Part shown: one piece after another, positions 37,101-49,700 of the stretch | How the letters are laid out: every line of letters begins with the position of its first letter | Numbering within the stretch: the first letter of the stretch is position 1 | From: Entomortierella parvispora E1425 | Taxonomy: Eukaryota > Fungi > Mortierellomycota | Assembly (NCBI GenBank): GCA_020891255.1 | Contig: BQFW01000008.1 | Coordinates: 2,790,001-2,854,000, forward strand | Reading direction: 5' to 3' | Length of the DNA stretch: 64,000 nucleotides | Program-made: the position numbers and the translations under genes | Notes under the pieces: generated by a model | What the model was told of the DNA's origin: nothing | Databases searched by the model: none | The model's input: only the letters and a program-made list of their open reading frames with translations

Positions 37101-39920
37101 GGGCAGATGCGACTGATTGAACGAGGGCTGACAGGAAACGAACAAGCAGAATTCTCCATTCTATCCGAGGACGACTTCAATCTGACCGCACTTTACTACA
37201 TGAAGGATTTGGCAGCAGCCATTTTCGAGAAACAGGAAGGAAAACCTGTGGTCCAATATTCAGCCCTGCGGGACAGAGCGACTTGGAAGGCAGATTTTTT
37301 TGGACATGGCGATGGAAAACGACTTTTGCACGAGACGTGTCCTCTTATTCGAAACGGAAACCAGTATCAATTCATACATCGATCCGTGATGGAGTATGGA
37401 GTTGCTCGATCAGTTTTTGAGCCGGAGCCAGGAGATCCAAACGCTTTGGCGCAATTGAGCATTGATAACCGACACAAAAGACAGGAACAGGAACAGGAAC
37501 AGGAAGAGGAAAACTCGGCAGTGACAACCTCGGTCCTATACCGCAAGAGTTTGGTTGGCGATCCCTCTATCCTTGAGTTCTTGGCCGAGCGTGTAGCACA
37601 GAGCCCCAGGTTTAAGCGACAACTCTTTGCTATAATTGAGCAATCGAAAATGGACAGTCAATTCAGCCAGGCAGCCTCCAACGCCATCTCAATCTTGGTC
37701 CGCGCAGGGGTTCGATTCAACGGCGCAGATTTGAAGGGGGCTCGCATCCCTGGTGCAGATCTCAGCTATGGTGAATTCGACACTGCAGATTTTCAAGGCG
37801 CAGATCTACGAAACACTACTTTGAGCAAGATCTGGCTTCGTCAAGCGGATCTCGGCTCTGCACTCATGGAGGGAGCCGACTTTGGGGAACTCCCTTATCT
37901 TCAAGAGGCGAGTGGCGTCAACTGCTGTGCAGTTTCGCCCGATGGGAGTCTGTTCGCGTCTGGCCTCATCAATGGCTCTATCAGTGTTTACAGTACTGCA
38001 ACATGGAGAATACTCTTCACCTTGAAGGGCCATGCAGATGAAGTCAGGGGTTTGGCCTTCTCTGCCAACAACACGATAGTATCTGCCGGCGACGACCGAA
38101 AAGTTCTTTGCTGGGATGCTCAGAGTGGCGCGCGCCTTCTTTCCTTGGAAGGTCACACTGACTCGGTTCACGCCGTCTTATTTTCTCCCTGCTGCAAGCA
38201 GATTGCTTCAGGAAGCTGGGACGGAACTATCCGCATATGGAACAGTCAAACCGGTGCTCTAGAGCGCACCTTGAAGGGCCCCACGGGCCATGTCGAATGC
38301 CTGGCGTTTTCGCCAGATGTCCCGCAGATCGTCTCCGGAAGCGCGGACAGGACTATACGACTCTGGAATACTCAGAATGGGGAACTCAACCTTGTCTTGA
38401 AGGGTCACACTGACACTGTATGTTGTGTGGCCTACTCGCCCAATGGCCAACAGATTGTATCGGGTTCTTGGGACAGGACGATCCGACTTTGGAATGCTCA
38501 TACTGGTACACCAGGACTCGCCATGAGGGGCCACACCGCATACGTCGTGAGTGTAATGTTTTCGCCCGATGGTCAAAAGATTGCGTCTAGCAGCTGGGAC
38601 GAGTCTGTTCGGTTATGGGATGCGAAAACGGGAGCGCCTGGTCCCGTCCTAAGTGGCCATTCCGATTCTGTCCCCAGTATCGTGTATTTGCCGAATGGTC
38701 GTCACCTTGCTTCAGGAGGCGAAGATGGCACAGTTCGCCTTTGGAGCATGCAAAAGACGACCTCCAGACCCGACTTTAGAGGCCATATCACTTCGGCTTT
38801 GCATGTGAAATTCTCGCCCGACAGTTTGCAGGTCGCTGCCACCGATGGCAAGATTGGGCGACTCTGGGATGCAAGGACTGGCATCCCTGGCCACGCACTA
38901 AAGGGTCATACTGACGCCATTTGGTCCATAATTTATTCCCCCAACGGACAGCAGGTTGCAACTGCCAGTTTGGACAAGACTGTGCGATTGTGGAATGTCA
39001 AGACGGGCAAGCTCGAAGAGATCCTGAGTGGTCATTCGAGCTATATCATGGGCTTGGCCTACTCCCCTGACGGGCAACAGGTTGCTACAGCTGGCGGAGA
39101 CACTGCAGTGAGGGTATGGGACGTGCAAACAGGAGAGTGTGAATTCAACTTTAGAGGACATACCAATGGTATCTACTGGTTGGCTTTCTCGCCCGATGGT
39201 CAGTATGTCGCCTCCTCGAGTTTGGACACGACTGTTCGGCTATGGTGTGTCAAAGAAGGGGGAAATGACATGGTTCTCAAAGGCCATACTTCAACTGCTG
39301 TGAGAGTCGGGTACTCTCCCAATGGACAACAGATAGTATCGGTCAGCATGGACAAGACTGCACGGCTCTGGGACGCGACCACAGGTGCTGCGGGTCCTGT
39401 TCTGAGTGGTCATACTGGTCCTGTATGGTGTGCAGCATACTCACCGGATGGTCTTCAGGTCGCCACCAGTGGAGAAGACGGCACGATACGACTGTGGGAT
39501 ACTCACACCGGCGCACCAGTCCATGTCTTTAAAGGCCACAGAAGAGAGGCGTTAGCGTTGGTCTATTCTCCTGATGGCAAGAGGATCGCCTCTGGAGGTC
39601 ATGACGGCACGATCCGCGTCTGGGATATCGAGTCGGGTCGGTGCTTAGCCATGGTCGCAGAATTCCTCGACATTGTCCGGACGATTGATTGGAAGACGGG
39701 CCCCTTGGGCAGTTGCATCGTTTCGGGAAGCAAGGACAAGTCGGTTCGCCAGTGGGCGGTCGTTGAAGAGGGCGAGAATGTCAAGCTGCGTCTGATGTGG
39801 AGTTCGAATCACGAGCGACTTGTTCTCACCAAGGCCAATTTCCAAAGTGTCGAGGGCTTGAGCGATATCAATGCGCGGTTACTTCGACAGCGTGGAGCCG
39901 TGGTCCCGTCAAGTACGTGA
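34181..39920 (+). CDS. Intact NLR-like protein (helical N-terminus, Arm-like, NACHT, pentapeptide, about 15 WD40), 3 exons: 34181-34452, 34574-35967, 36061-39920
   Basis: P-loop GDSGSGKST, 'ILICDGYDE', 'FNGADLKGARIPGADL', regular 'GH..V..V.YSPDG.Q.A...D.T.RLW' repeats; both introns are GT..AG and keep the frame. Confidence 0.92.
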
Positions 39921-40424
39921 ACGATGGAAAAGGGTATCTTTGTCAGTCATGCATGTTCATAGTCATTGTCAGCAGTTGGATAGCAACAGTATATTTCATC
40001 AAACTTGGTCTTTTTCTTTTTTTCTTAAGATTCTCAAGGTCATCTGGAAAAAGAAACAATGACAAACAGCAATGACAGGCTTTTTATATATATAGGCAAG
40101 AAAGGACGACGATATATTATGAGTGAGTGGGATGTGGACAAACAACATAAACGATATTGGTATAGAGGGTGCATAGATAAACCAGCTTTGTTTTTTTTTT
40201 CTTCTCCAAGTTCAACGAAAGTAAGAAAGAAAAAAAAGACCTGCACAAGGTCAGACAGACAGAAAAAGAGACAGAGGGGAAAAAGTTGCACAACAACAGG
40301 AAACAGACCATCCTGGATCAGCCATGTTGCTGGCCATCTCTTTCCTGACTCCCTTCTTCTCCCGACGCCTTCATTCCTTGTGTTGCTACTTTTTCTGTTG
40401 TTTTTTTTTTCTTTTTTATCCTGT

Positions 40425-41620
40425 TCAAATCAACTGCAAGTAGTTGCTGGGGGCGATACCAATGGTACCATCCTGCTTGCGTGCTTGCCACCACTTGCCC
40501 TTGTTATCGACGATATCCAAGATTTCACCCTTCGAGAAGCCCAGTTCGTTCCTGTCCTCAGGGTTGGCCTCATACGAGTACAAAGCCTTGGCCTTGTACG
40601 CGTACTCGGGGGCAGCGCCACCGACCGCAGCGCCGTTGGCACCGCTCATGGGCACCACGGTCGCATTGGCGGCCACAGGGGACTGGTTATCGTAATGAGG
40701 TTGCTGGTACTGCTGAGTAGGCGACACAATCGTGTTGTTGTTGGCGTTGTCGTTATGCGTACGAGGGACGGTGAAGCCGTTGATGGATCGCTTGGCGAGC
40801 GAATCCTCCTCGGCGCCAAAGTACACGACCCAGAAAAGGAGGGCGAGTGCTTGGAAGATCAATCCTGCGCCGGCGGCACTGAACTTGGACGCGCCGTAAC
40901 CAAAGACGGAAGAGGCGTTGATGGCCAAGTCAATCTGGGTGAACAAAAGCGACAAGGATCCTGCAGTGAAGGTGAGGATCTAGTTTTTGAGAGAAGGAAG
41001 AGGAGGAGGAAAGAAGGGAGGGGAAGGGGGGTTAGGTGATCGAGCGGGTTCAAAGGTAGTTCTCCATCGGAACAATTGAGCAATTGAGGATTCTCTTTTT
41101 TTTTTTTTTGCGCTTTGTTTTCCTTACGACAAGACGGTACTGGCGGACAGAATCGGTAGAGACAGCCAAGGCCGTGCCGAGCAACAAGAACAGGTTGTAA
41201 AAGAGGTCAACCCAGATCAGACGGACAGCGCTGCCAATGATGCAGGCGGCGATGAACGTAATAAACCAGCCGATCTAAACGAGATAGAGGGTCCCACATG
41301 AAAAGCAAGATCAGTTCTTTTTGTGCTGTTGTTTTTCTTCCCTTGTTGTCCGTTGCCTGCTGTGTGTGAAGAGTTGTCTTTCTCCAGAGGATGAAGACAG
41401 AGACCTGCAGAAAGAGGGTTGGTATTCTTTCCATCCTGCAAGTTTTTTGTTTCTCTCGTCGGGGTTTTTTTTTTTTTTTTGGTTGTTGTGTTTTTGTTTC
41501 TTTTTTCCGACAAATTTTGGTTCCCAGTGGTTGGAAAACCACACTTACGCCAAAGAGCACCAACGAGCAGACGAAAAATGGCTGTGCAAGCACGAGCGCA
41601 GGATCAATGTGGGCGGCCAT
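40425..41620 (-). CDS. SHO1: Osmosensor SHO1 (transmembrane segments + C-terminal SH3), 3 exons: 41620-41549, 41274-41128, 40979-40425
   Basis: SH3 'YKAKALYSYEANPEDRNELGFSKGEILDIVDNKGKWWQARK.DGTIGIAPSNY'; hydrophobic N-terminal segments; in-frame GT..AG introns. Confidence 0.9.
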
Positions 41621-43595
41621 GGAAAAGAAGAGTTACAGGGGAAGCCTAGATATGGATGGATGGTATTGTTAAGGTAAACAAAAGGAGAAGAGAGAAAGAA
41701 AGAGAGAGAAAGAGAATAAAGACATGGTTAGCAATTGAGGCAGGCATCCTTTGAGTCCCGGGAGAGATCCGCGTCTTAACCCATGTAAGGTTCGAAAATC
41801 AAGGGGCGATTGAACGGATGATGAGAGACGACAAAATTAACAGCAGAGGAGAGAGAGAGAGAGAGTAGAGTCGAGGGTGAGGAGACAGAGAGACAAGAGA
41901 GAAAGAGAGAATGACGAGTGAGGAGAGCTGTCGCGTGAAGGAGTTGCTGTAGTGGGGCAGAGAGATAAATGGAGAGGATAGAGAATGAAAGACAAAGGAG
42001 GAGGAGAGGGTGGGTGCGTTGTGTGTCAGCCGGAACAGGGTTGATGAATGTCGAGGGTCCAAAGAGGAGAAGCAGTACGAAGAGCAAGGTATGATGCACA
42101 TAGGGTGACGGGGTTGGTATGTAGCGTAGGGTATGTTCAGCATGTAGTCATCCACCTGTGATGGATGGAGTGCAGGCAGTAAGAATGGATGCGAGGAACA
42201 AAGCACGCGAGGGTGGAACACGTTGTTGTTGTTGTTTGTCCCTGAATAGTTCAGACGGATGGGCGCAAGTGAAAAGGGACGGTTGGAACTGCAGGGGGTG
42301 TGTTGTGGTTGCGGGTGGTGGTGGTGTTGGGTAACAGCCATGGAAGCAATGCCATTAGAGGGAGAGAGAAAAGAGAGACTTGCCTCGGGAATGGGGATGA
42401 CACGGGAAGGGAAGGGAAGGGGGATGAGGACAAAGAGAAGAGAAGAGAAGAGAGATGGATGCAATTCAACCAGGAAGTTGCAATCAAAAACGGAGGCAAA
42501 GGCAAGGAAGGCGTGCCAGAGAGGCGGGGACGTGGGGCGTGGAAGGGGATTGGGCGAGAATGAGGAGAGAGAGAGAAGAAAGCGAAGGAAAGGAAAGGAG
42601 AGAAGAAGAAGAGAGAGAGAGAGATGAAGAGAGGTTGCACTTGTTGTTGTTGTTGCCCATGCCTCTCTCTCTCTGTCTTCCCTCTCTCTTTCCACCTTCT
42701 TGGCCTTTTCTTCTTGGAAACACGGCTCTCATTCCTCACTGGCGGATGGCATCTGTCCATCCTGTCCATATCCTCGTTAGCCTACTCTCTTGGTGCCTAA
42801 AAAAAAAAGTCCGCCGCCTGACACCCATCTATCTTTGTTCCTGCAGGCAAGCCCAACGGTCCCCGGTCCTCTTTTTTTACACCCAAGACCAGACGGGCTG
42901 CAGGGGACAGAAGCTCCTCTCTCCTCTCTTTCTCCTTCTGCTCCTATGGCCGACCCACTGGCCCCCTACCAGAAACAGGAAGAACCTCCACTGTGGTTCC
43001 TTGCGAGCTCTTTCCCCCCTGTCCTCCTATGTCATAAACACAAAAAACACAAGAACGAGAGGGCCCAAGTCCTTGGTCAGAGTTCAGTGGCGCCTGTGAT
43101 TGTGTGATGTGATGCTCTCAACTGTTGTTTTGTATCCCAACAGCACGGCGGCAATGCGCTTTTAGTGTTTTGGCTGACCGACCGGACAGAAGGCTAGAAA
43201 CGGTTCATTTCAACCGCGATAAATTGGATTGCTCTCATTCCAAGGACAAGGGCCAGGCGTCTTCTGCTGCTGCTGCAACACACATTCCCCAACACACACA
43301 TGCACACACACTTCCCACCTAGAGCTTTCATTTTTGAACAGTTGTTTTTATTGTCATTAGCCCAATGCTACGCTGCAGACATTGGTTGAAGATCATCCCA
43401 AGAATGGTGTGCATGGGTGGGACAGAAAGGTAAACTGCCTTTTTTTTTTTTTTTTTTCTTGGGAGGCTCAATAGGCCCATTTATTTTCTTTTTTTTTTAG
43501 GTGGTCGCAATCGATGTCCTCAACTCCAAAACAAAAAACTTCGACATTTGGGGCTAAAGACAGACTGGACATGCTCACTCCTTCTTGTCTGCAGC

Positions 43596-46202
43596 TCACT
43601 CATTGTGAGACTGCATTAAAAACAAATCGCCCCAAATCCGACGCTTGATCAGGTAGGGCACATACTCCCAGTCTTTGGCGATAGCTCCAAAGCTCCTCTT
43701 GATACTAGCGTCCGATTCCCCTGAATCTTCTTGGCTTAACGTGCGCTCTTTCCATTGCCGGACTTGACGCGCACACAGGTCAAATAGACTCGGGATCCGG
43801 ATGCGATCGTCCTTGAACTCATATCTTAGAACACGTCTTAACGTTGACACGTACAAGTACCGACCATCCGTGCTCCAACCAAGTCCTCGGAGACCATCAA
43901 GGATCCGAAGGCTCTTGTCTTTCTCGCCTCGGAAAGAACACATCAGGATATCGTGCTTTTCTTCATAGTGGGGACCAGTACATCCTCCACCGGTGGGACC
44001 TCGAGAGTTCAACTCAACATCCGGTACCAGATCCTGATCTCCAATGCAGCAGCCCGTGATGTCAACCACATGCACAAATCCGTACCAGTTGTTCACCGCA
44101 AAGACATTTTCCAGCTTTGGGTGAAACTCGATCGCGTAACTGAACCCTCCAGTGTCCACGCAACACACAATCTCTCTGGAAGGCATTGACCAGACCATGA
44201 CCTTGGAAGTCGTATCAGATGTATGCGCAAACTTTGTCGACGATGCATTCCAGGCAACGTACTGGGATGTGTAGTTATTGTTGACAACCCGCCGACGCTT
44301 ATTGTGTGTTCCGAAAATGACTCTGTCGGGGATGGCATGTTCCTGTGGTGGTCCAAACTGATGCAGCAGTCTCGGAGGATCCCTTTTCCTAGCCATCGTG
44401 GGCGTTGCCTGATCTTTACTCCTTAACGAATCCCTTGCGTTATCGCTCAGGCCCAGTTTTTGCTCCACGGCTTCCATAGAATCGTCCGAGTTGTAATATT
44501 CAGAGTCCGTGTCCAAATCCTTCAGCTCTAGCTCTTGCTCTCGCTCCTCTCGGGCAATCCGTTGCTCCTCAGTCTCCGCCACGTGGGTGATGTCCATTGT
44601 AAAGACACGAGCACTGTCTCCGACAATGACGATCCAACGTCCGTTCGGGGACACCTTTGCATCGTTCAGTCGTTCGCCATGGAATCCCTTCTTGATCCAG
44701 GTATGGTCTTCCTTGTACTTGAAAATGTGCTCAAACATATCCACCTCTCCGTGCCATTTGGATGCCTGACGTCTAGCAAGGCAAGGGTGGTCCGGGAGGG
44801 CGGCGATGAAAAGTCCATACTCGTTTCCAGTCATCACCATGTAGTGGTCAAACTGTCCTGACTGGGTAGGGTATCCTTCTTTCAAATCGTACTCGTCTTC
44901 ATCATCGTCACCATCCTCGCTGCCATCCACATCCATGCCATCCTCGTCCTGGTGCATTTTGGATCGGTAGAATCTAGGCCAGCGAACAATCTGGATACTA
45001 TTGAGCATCATATCATCCGGCTGCCCAGGGATAGTGTCGTTATGGATCTCGATAGGCTCGCCTCCACAGTCTGTACAATAGGCAACCAGGTTTCCGTCTG
45101 AAGTTCCATGCGCCAGGTATCCATATCTATGAGCGATACAGAGTGGGTCATCTTCTATCCCAACCTCCACGTAGGCCTCGGACTGAGGTAGTTCATCGAA
45201 TTTGTAGATCGAAATAGGCAAGAACTTTGTCGCTGGAACAGTCATGAGCTCTCTGGCATAGGGTCTGAAAACTTCCTCCATGACCCTCTCGTCGTAACGT
45301 TCATCAAGATCCACACTGGCGTTCATCCGCAAGGTAAAAGTCAAGTCGGTCATCCTGGGCAAGACTCCGCAGCGAAGGATCATGTCCTGATTGATGGTAT
45401 AGAGGTCGTCCCAGAGTCCCATGGCTGAAGGCGATACCGTGAGTGAGTTGGCACATTGTTGGTGAAATGAAATAGCGGGAGAATGTTCCACTTCTTGAGG
45501 ATGACCCGGTCCTCGAACAATAAGAGGAGAAAGTCCCTGTCGCGACTCTGTTGAAAAATTATAGTATGGCTCATGCGTGTCGTCCCTTTTGATGCCCAGT
45601 TTCCGCTCCCGATTCTTGCGACCAGTCTTGAGGTGAAGCATCAGTTGGCGGATCTTGGCCGTCAAATGCCCAATTTCGAATTCGGAGGGGTCAAACTGCT
45701 CCACACGCAAGCGATCAAACATGTCGACCTCGCCTTCGCCGTCGTTCGCAGTGAGTTCCCGTTTGGGCTCGTATTTCTCGTCGCCACTGAACTCTGACAT
45801 GATGTCAATCATATCCGGCCGTCGGTTGGCGCGAAAGGCAGGCGTCAAGGCTTCGATATTGATTGCGTTGTCGTCGTCGTCATCCCATAGTTGACCAGGG
45901 ATCGGGTTCCCCTCCGCATCCTCCCAGGCATCAAAATCTTCATCGTCGTCCGAGAAGAATTCAGCATCCTCATCCATGTCGTTATCGCCATCATCGCCCG
46001 AATCCTCGGTCTCCCATTCTGACGTCTCCTCCTCTGGGACAATGTCGCCTGTCGTGGACTCGACCTCTGTCCCTGAGGCCTCGGTCTCCCAGTCTGAAGC
46101 ATCGCCGTGGGCGTGATCGTCTATTGTGGACTGCTCTGACACGTTGTCGCGGTTGTTGTTGCTATGGCCGCCAGAGTGACTCTGTCCAGAAGAGGACTCC
46201 AT
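43596..46202 (-). CDS. Uncharacterised 868-aa protein: acidic disordered N-terminus, WD40-like propeller, C-terminal BC-box-like motif
   Basis: Single long ORF; 'LNDAKVSPNGRWIVIVGD', 'YVAWNASSTKFAHTSD', 'GLGWSTDGRYLYVS', 'IPSLFDLCARQV'. Confidence 0.7.
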   Translation of the reverse strand: MESSSGQSHSGGHSNNNRDNVSEQSTIDDHAHGDASDWETEASGTEVESTTGDIVPEEETSEWETEDSGDDGDNDMDEDAEFFSDDDEDFDAWEDAEGNPIPGQLWDDDDDNAINIEALTPAFRANRRPDMIDIMSEFSGDEKYEPKRELTANDGEGEVDMFDRLRVEQFDPSEFEIGHLTAKIRQLMLHLKTGRKNRERKLGIKRDDTHEPYYNFSTESRQGLSPLIVRGPGHPQEVEHSPAISFHQQCANSLTVSPSAMGLWDDLYTINQDMILRCGVLPRMTDLTFTLRMNASVDLDERYDERVMEEVFRPYARELMTVPATKFLPISIYKFDELPQSEAYVEVGIEDDPLCIAHRYGYLAHGTSDGNLVAYCTDCGGEPIEIHNDTIPGQPDDMMLNSIQIVRWPRFYRSKMHQDEDGMDVDGSEDGDDDEDEYDLKEGYPTQSGQFDHYMVMTGNEYGLFIAALPDHPCLARRQASKWHGEVDMFEHIFKYKEDHTWIKKGFHGERLNDAKVSPNGRWIVIVGDSARVFTMDITHVAETEEQRIAREEREQELELKDLDTDSEYYNSDDSMEAVEQKLGLSDNARDSLRSKDQATPTMARKRDPPRLLHQFGPPQEHAIPDRVIFGTHNKRRRVVNNNYTSQYVAWNASSTKFAHTSDTTSKVMVWSMPSREIVCCVDTGGFSYAIEFHPKLENVFAVNNWYGFVHVVDITGCCIGDQDLVPDVELNSRGPTGGGCTGPHYEEKHDILMCSFRGEKDKSLRILDGLRGLGWSTDGRYLYVSTLRRVLRYEFKDDRIRIPSLFDLCARQVRQWKERTLSQEDSGESDASIKRSFGAIAKDWEYVPYLIKRRIWGDLFLMQSHNE

Positions 46203-47195
46203 AGCTTTGCTGTGATGGAGGTGTGTGTAGAGTGCGACTTTGTGATTGACTGCGGCGCAGGTGTGGTCCTTTGCAGAAATGAGGGAATGAGTCTACGAGA
46301 GTGAATGCTGAAAGAAAAAGAAAAAACAGTTTCGAATGCGCCTCCACAAGTTTTTCTTTTTTGAGTGATCACGTGATTCGTAGAATCTTGTCCTCCTTCA
46401 CTCTCCATTCCGCCATATCATTCCTCCGGTTCTTATGTTATCAGGATGTGCCTCTTGCACGACTCGTGTTGTGTCATATCGTCAAAGGCAAGATCCTTGC
46501 AATGTTGGGCAAGGGAGTCACTCCTTACACCTTCTCAAGGACTATTACTTGATGCGGCGATACATAGGGCGTTCACGGACACGCACCAATTCAACTTTCT
46601 TTTTCGCGATTCAAGATCAACAGGTCGCAAATCAGAAAAACCGACCTCTAACGTAGATAGTCATATTCCAGCCTAAATCCCAACTCTCAGTAATCAAAAG
46701 AAACCCTGGCTTCATCGACAGAGCTGTTGCGGCAGCGAATCTGTCAAGGCCGTGAACATGGCTCCCTATGTGTTATGGTGGTTGTAGATCTTATCGTAGA
46801 GAATCCAGGACCCTATCATCACCCTATCTGGTGACAGGATCAGCGGGTTCTGGAAAATCGACATTCTTGCCCCATCTATGTCGACTTGTCAAGTTGGTGC
46901 GATTATCCACCTACGGGGTTTCGCAGAGAGGTCTCGATATTCGTCGTATCTTTTGCATAGGAGGAACTGAAAAAATACGTCCACTCTCGATGGAGCAACT
47001 CCATGCGCTCCGCCACACCTCGATGCACCCTCGTTAAAAGACATGTCTCTCCACCCATTCTTCATCTCATCTTCAGACCATATAAAAATGCAATTAAGGG
47101 AGATAACGTTGTGTTTTCTTGAGCGCAAGTGCCCACGTTACACCATCCACTATCAACGTTTGTTCGCCCGACTTGTGCGACCTACAATTGTGTCT

Positions 47196-49160
47196 TTAAT
47201 AAGATCTATCCGAGTGGTGATCATGACCATGACCATTCTGTTCCAGGGACCGCCTGGCGCCTGAGAGAGAAGACGGCGAGACAGGTTGTGATTGAATCGA
47301 GGAGACAGCCGCAGTGGAGGGGATCGACGAACTCCTGGATTTGGGCGAATCTATGATCAGCTCTCCAACTGGGTGCCGTCCACCATTCCGTTCTTGCATT
47401 GAATGAGAGTCCATGCTACGGCGACTCTGATCTAAAGATCTCCGCGACGCCGCTTCCTGGTGCTGCTGTTGAGAGGACGATGAATGGGATAGCGGACGTT
47501 GGCGATGATGACCCACTGAATTCATACGGGCAGCTTCCTTACGCTCCTCCTTCACATTGGCTTCGGTCATGTCTATCCGGTGTTGGATCTCGCGCTCGAC
47601 GACGAGGCTATCTTCCCGGAAACTACCGCCCCAGTCCCAAAGTTGAAATCCCGCTACAAACTGCATCTGTTCCCTGGTCTCGATGGCCTTGGGTGATCTC
47701 TGAGCACGCACCCACTCAACTGTGTCCACATAGTCCTGAAAGTAACGGAGGCGCAGTAGCCAACAACAAGCAACCACAGCTGCTCGGCCCACACCTGGTT
47801 ATCACGCACAGGGCACAAAAGGGGGAAGAGAAAACAGGATGGAAGGAGAGAGGGAAGAAGGGGGAAGAGGTTAGCCAACTATCCAGATCCTGTTCAAGGA
47901 GAAAAACAACAAGAAAAAAGGAGCTCCTGTCGTCATTGGGATCCTAGAGAAAGAGACCAAAGTCGAGATTTTTTTTTTCTGGCGAAAAGATGACGCGTGC
48001 GCCTTCTTGCTCTCTCTCTTTCTCTGTTTTTTTTTCTCCCGCATCGGGACGTCATACTTCATCCCAGTAAAATGGGATCTTACCTCCTCGGCAATGCACT
48101 AGGACATTTTCACCCCGTTTGGTCGTCTCGTCGATCCTGTCCAACACTTTCTCCATCTCTGCGAATGAATAAGGTGTGCTTCCCTCCACCATTGGAATCC
48201 TGGAAAACACAAGAACAAACAGATCGGGATGACGGCGCGTGAGCAAGGAGTGAACATAACATCAACAGCACAAAAAATGCAAAAGAGTGCACCAAGTAGC
48301 TTGGTGCAAATCAGGACTAGTGCCATGCACTGGATCCATGCTCACCTGACAACGTCCAAACCATTGCGAGTGGCCGCCTCCAGGTACTTTGAAAAAGGTG
48401 ATCCGAGGAGCTCTAGTTCCTCATCGAAAAGGCAGCTATTGACACAAGGGCAACATGCCAGGAATGTTTAGTAAGAATCACCTTGACCAAAAAGGGCGTC
48501 TGACACCTCAAAACCAAAAATCGATTAAGATCGCATCTCCGATGGTGGCAACGATGACAGCAATGAAAAAAAAATGAAAAAGATAGGCGCCACTGCGCTG
48601 TACGACTGTACGCCCATCCTCCTCCTGCTCTTGTGGGTCCTCAAGCATTCAAGAACGTGTCCTTACCACACCACACGAGTAAAGCCAAGCTGACGGAGTC
48701 GATCAAAGTCCATGTCCAGATCACGCACAATCTTGGCCCTGCCATTGACGGGTCCATCCAATCGAACCTTTTTCCCAGGGCAGGAGGACAAGCCCAGGTT
48801 GCCCCTTGGCCGCCAGTCGGGGTAAAACATCTTGGCGCGGCCGATCGCTCCGTCGGGACCCTCCTGCTTCAGGGCCGCTGCTTGTTGTTGTGCGAAATCA
48901 AAGAGGGAGGTGAAGGGGGTCAGGCCTGTCTCGTCCCTTTCATGACCCTCGAAATGGATAGGTGAGCCGAATTTGGGGACCTTCATGTCCTTTTGGAGAA
49001 GAGCAGAGACCCAAGGAGGTATGATCCAGCTGACATTGATAGGGTGTGAGATCGAGTCCTTGAAGGAGACAGGTGCGGGTTTGTAGTATGTTGCGGGGAC
49101 TTGACTCTGTAACTCTGACGGTGGCGGCGCCCTGCTGAGTAACCTCTGCAGTTGTGCCAT
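47196..49160 (-). CDS. CDKN3/KAP-like dual-specificity protein phosphatase, 4 exons
   Basis: 'GNLGLSSCPGKKVRL..RDLDMDFDRL'; splicing at 48083/47794 assembles the CX5R loop HCRGGVGRA. Confidence 0.85.
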
Positions 49161-49700
49161 GGTATTTGAATGGAAAGGGAGGAATGAATAAGATTAGGAA
49201 GATGAAAAGTGAAAAGGGAAGGGAAGGGAGATGGTAGGTGAGTGTAAAAGGGAATGCAATGGGAAGAAAGAGAAGAGAGAAGAGAAAACGAAGGGGAGAA
49301 GACCATGCAAAAGAAGGCGTGGCTTGGGGTGGGTCGCTGATCGTGGTGGAAGGATGAGGGCTCTAGTGACATTGTGCGGATGCACAGCATTTACCCTGGA
49401 GAGAAAGGAGTCGGGGGGCGTGACCCTGTAGGGGAGACCTAGGTCAGGCATGCATGCATTGCATGGCATTCAATCATTCGTGTGTGCGGTGCAGAGTGCA
49501 GTGCAGTGCAGTGCAACCAACACCTCCTCCGCACACACACATCCAAAGCGATCTCTGTGGCAGGGTCTTGTTTCGCAGTCACGCTCTTTTTCTTTTTTTC
49601 TTTTTTTTTTTTTTTTTTTTGTCCTTCCCCAAACAGACACGCATCGACGCATGCTCCATTCCTCTCCTCCTTACTTCCTTCTTCATAATCACTGATCACC

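Noticed and set aside
40059-41039. 326-aa plus-strand ORF
   Set aside because: Antisense to SHO1, whose SH3 and membrane segments explain the region.
41700-43100. Several long ORFs (41799-42695, 42251-42769, 42455-43099)
   Set aside because: They arise from GA/TC low-complexity sequence upstream of SHO1, with no domain signal or coherent splice structure.
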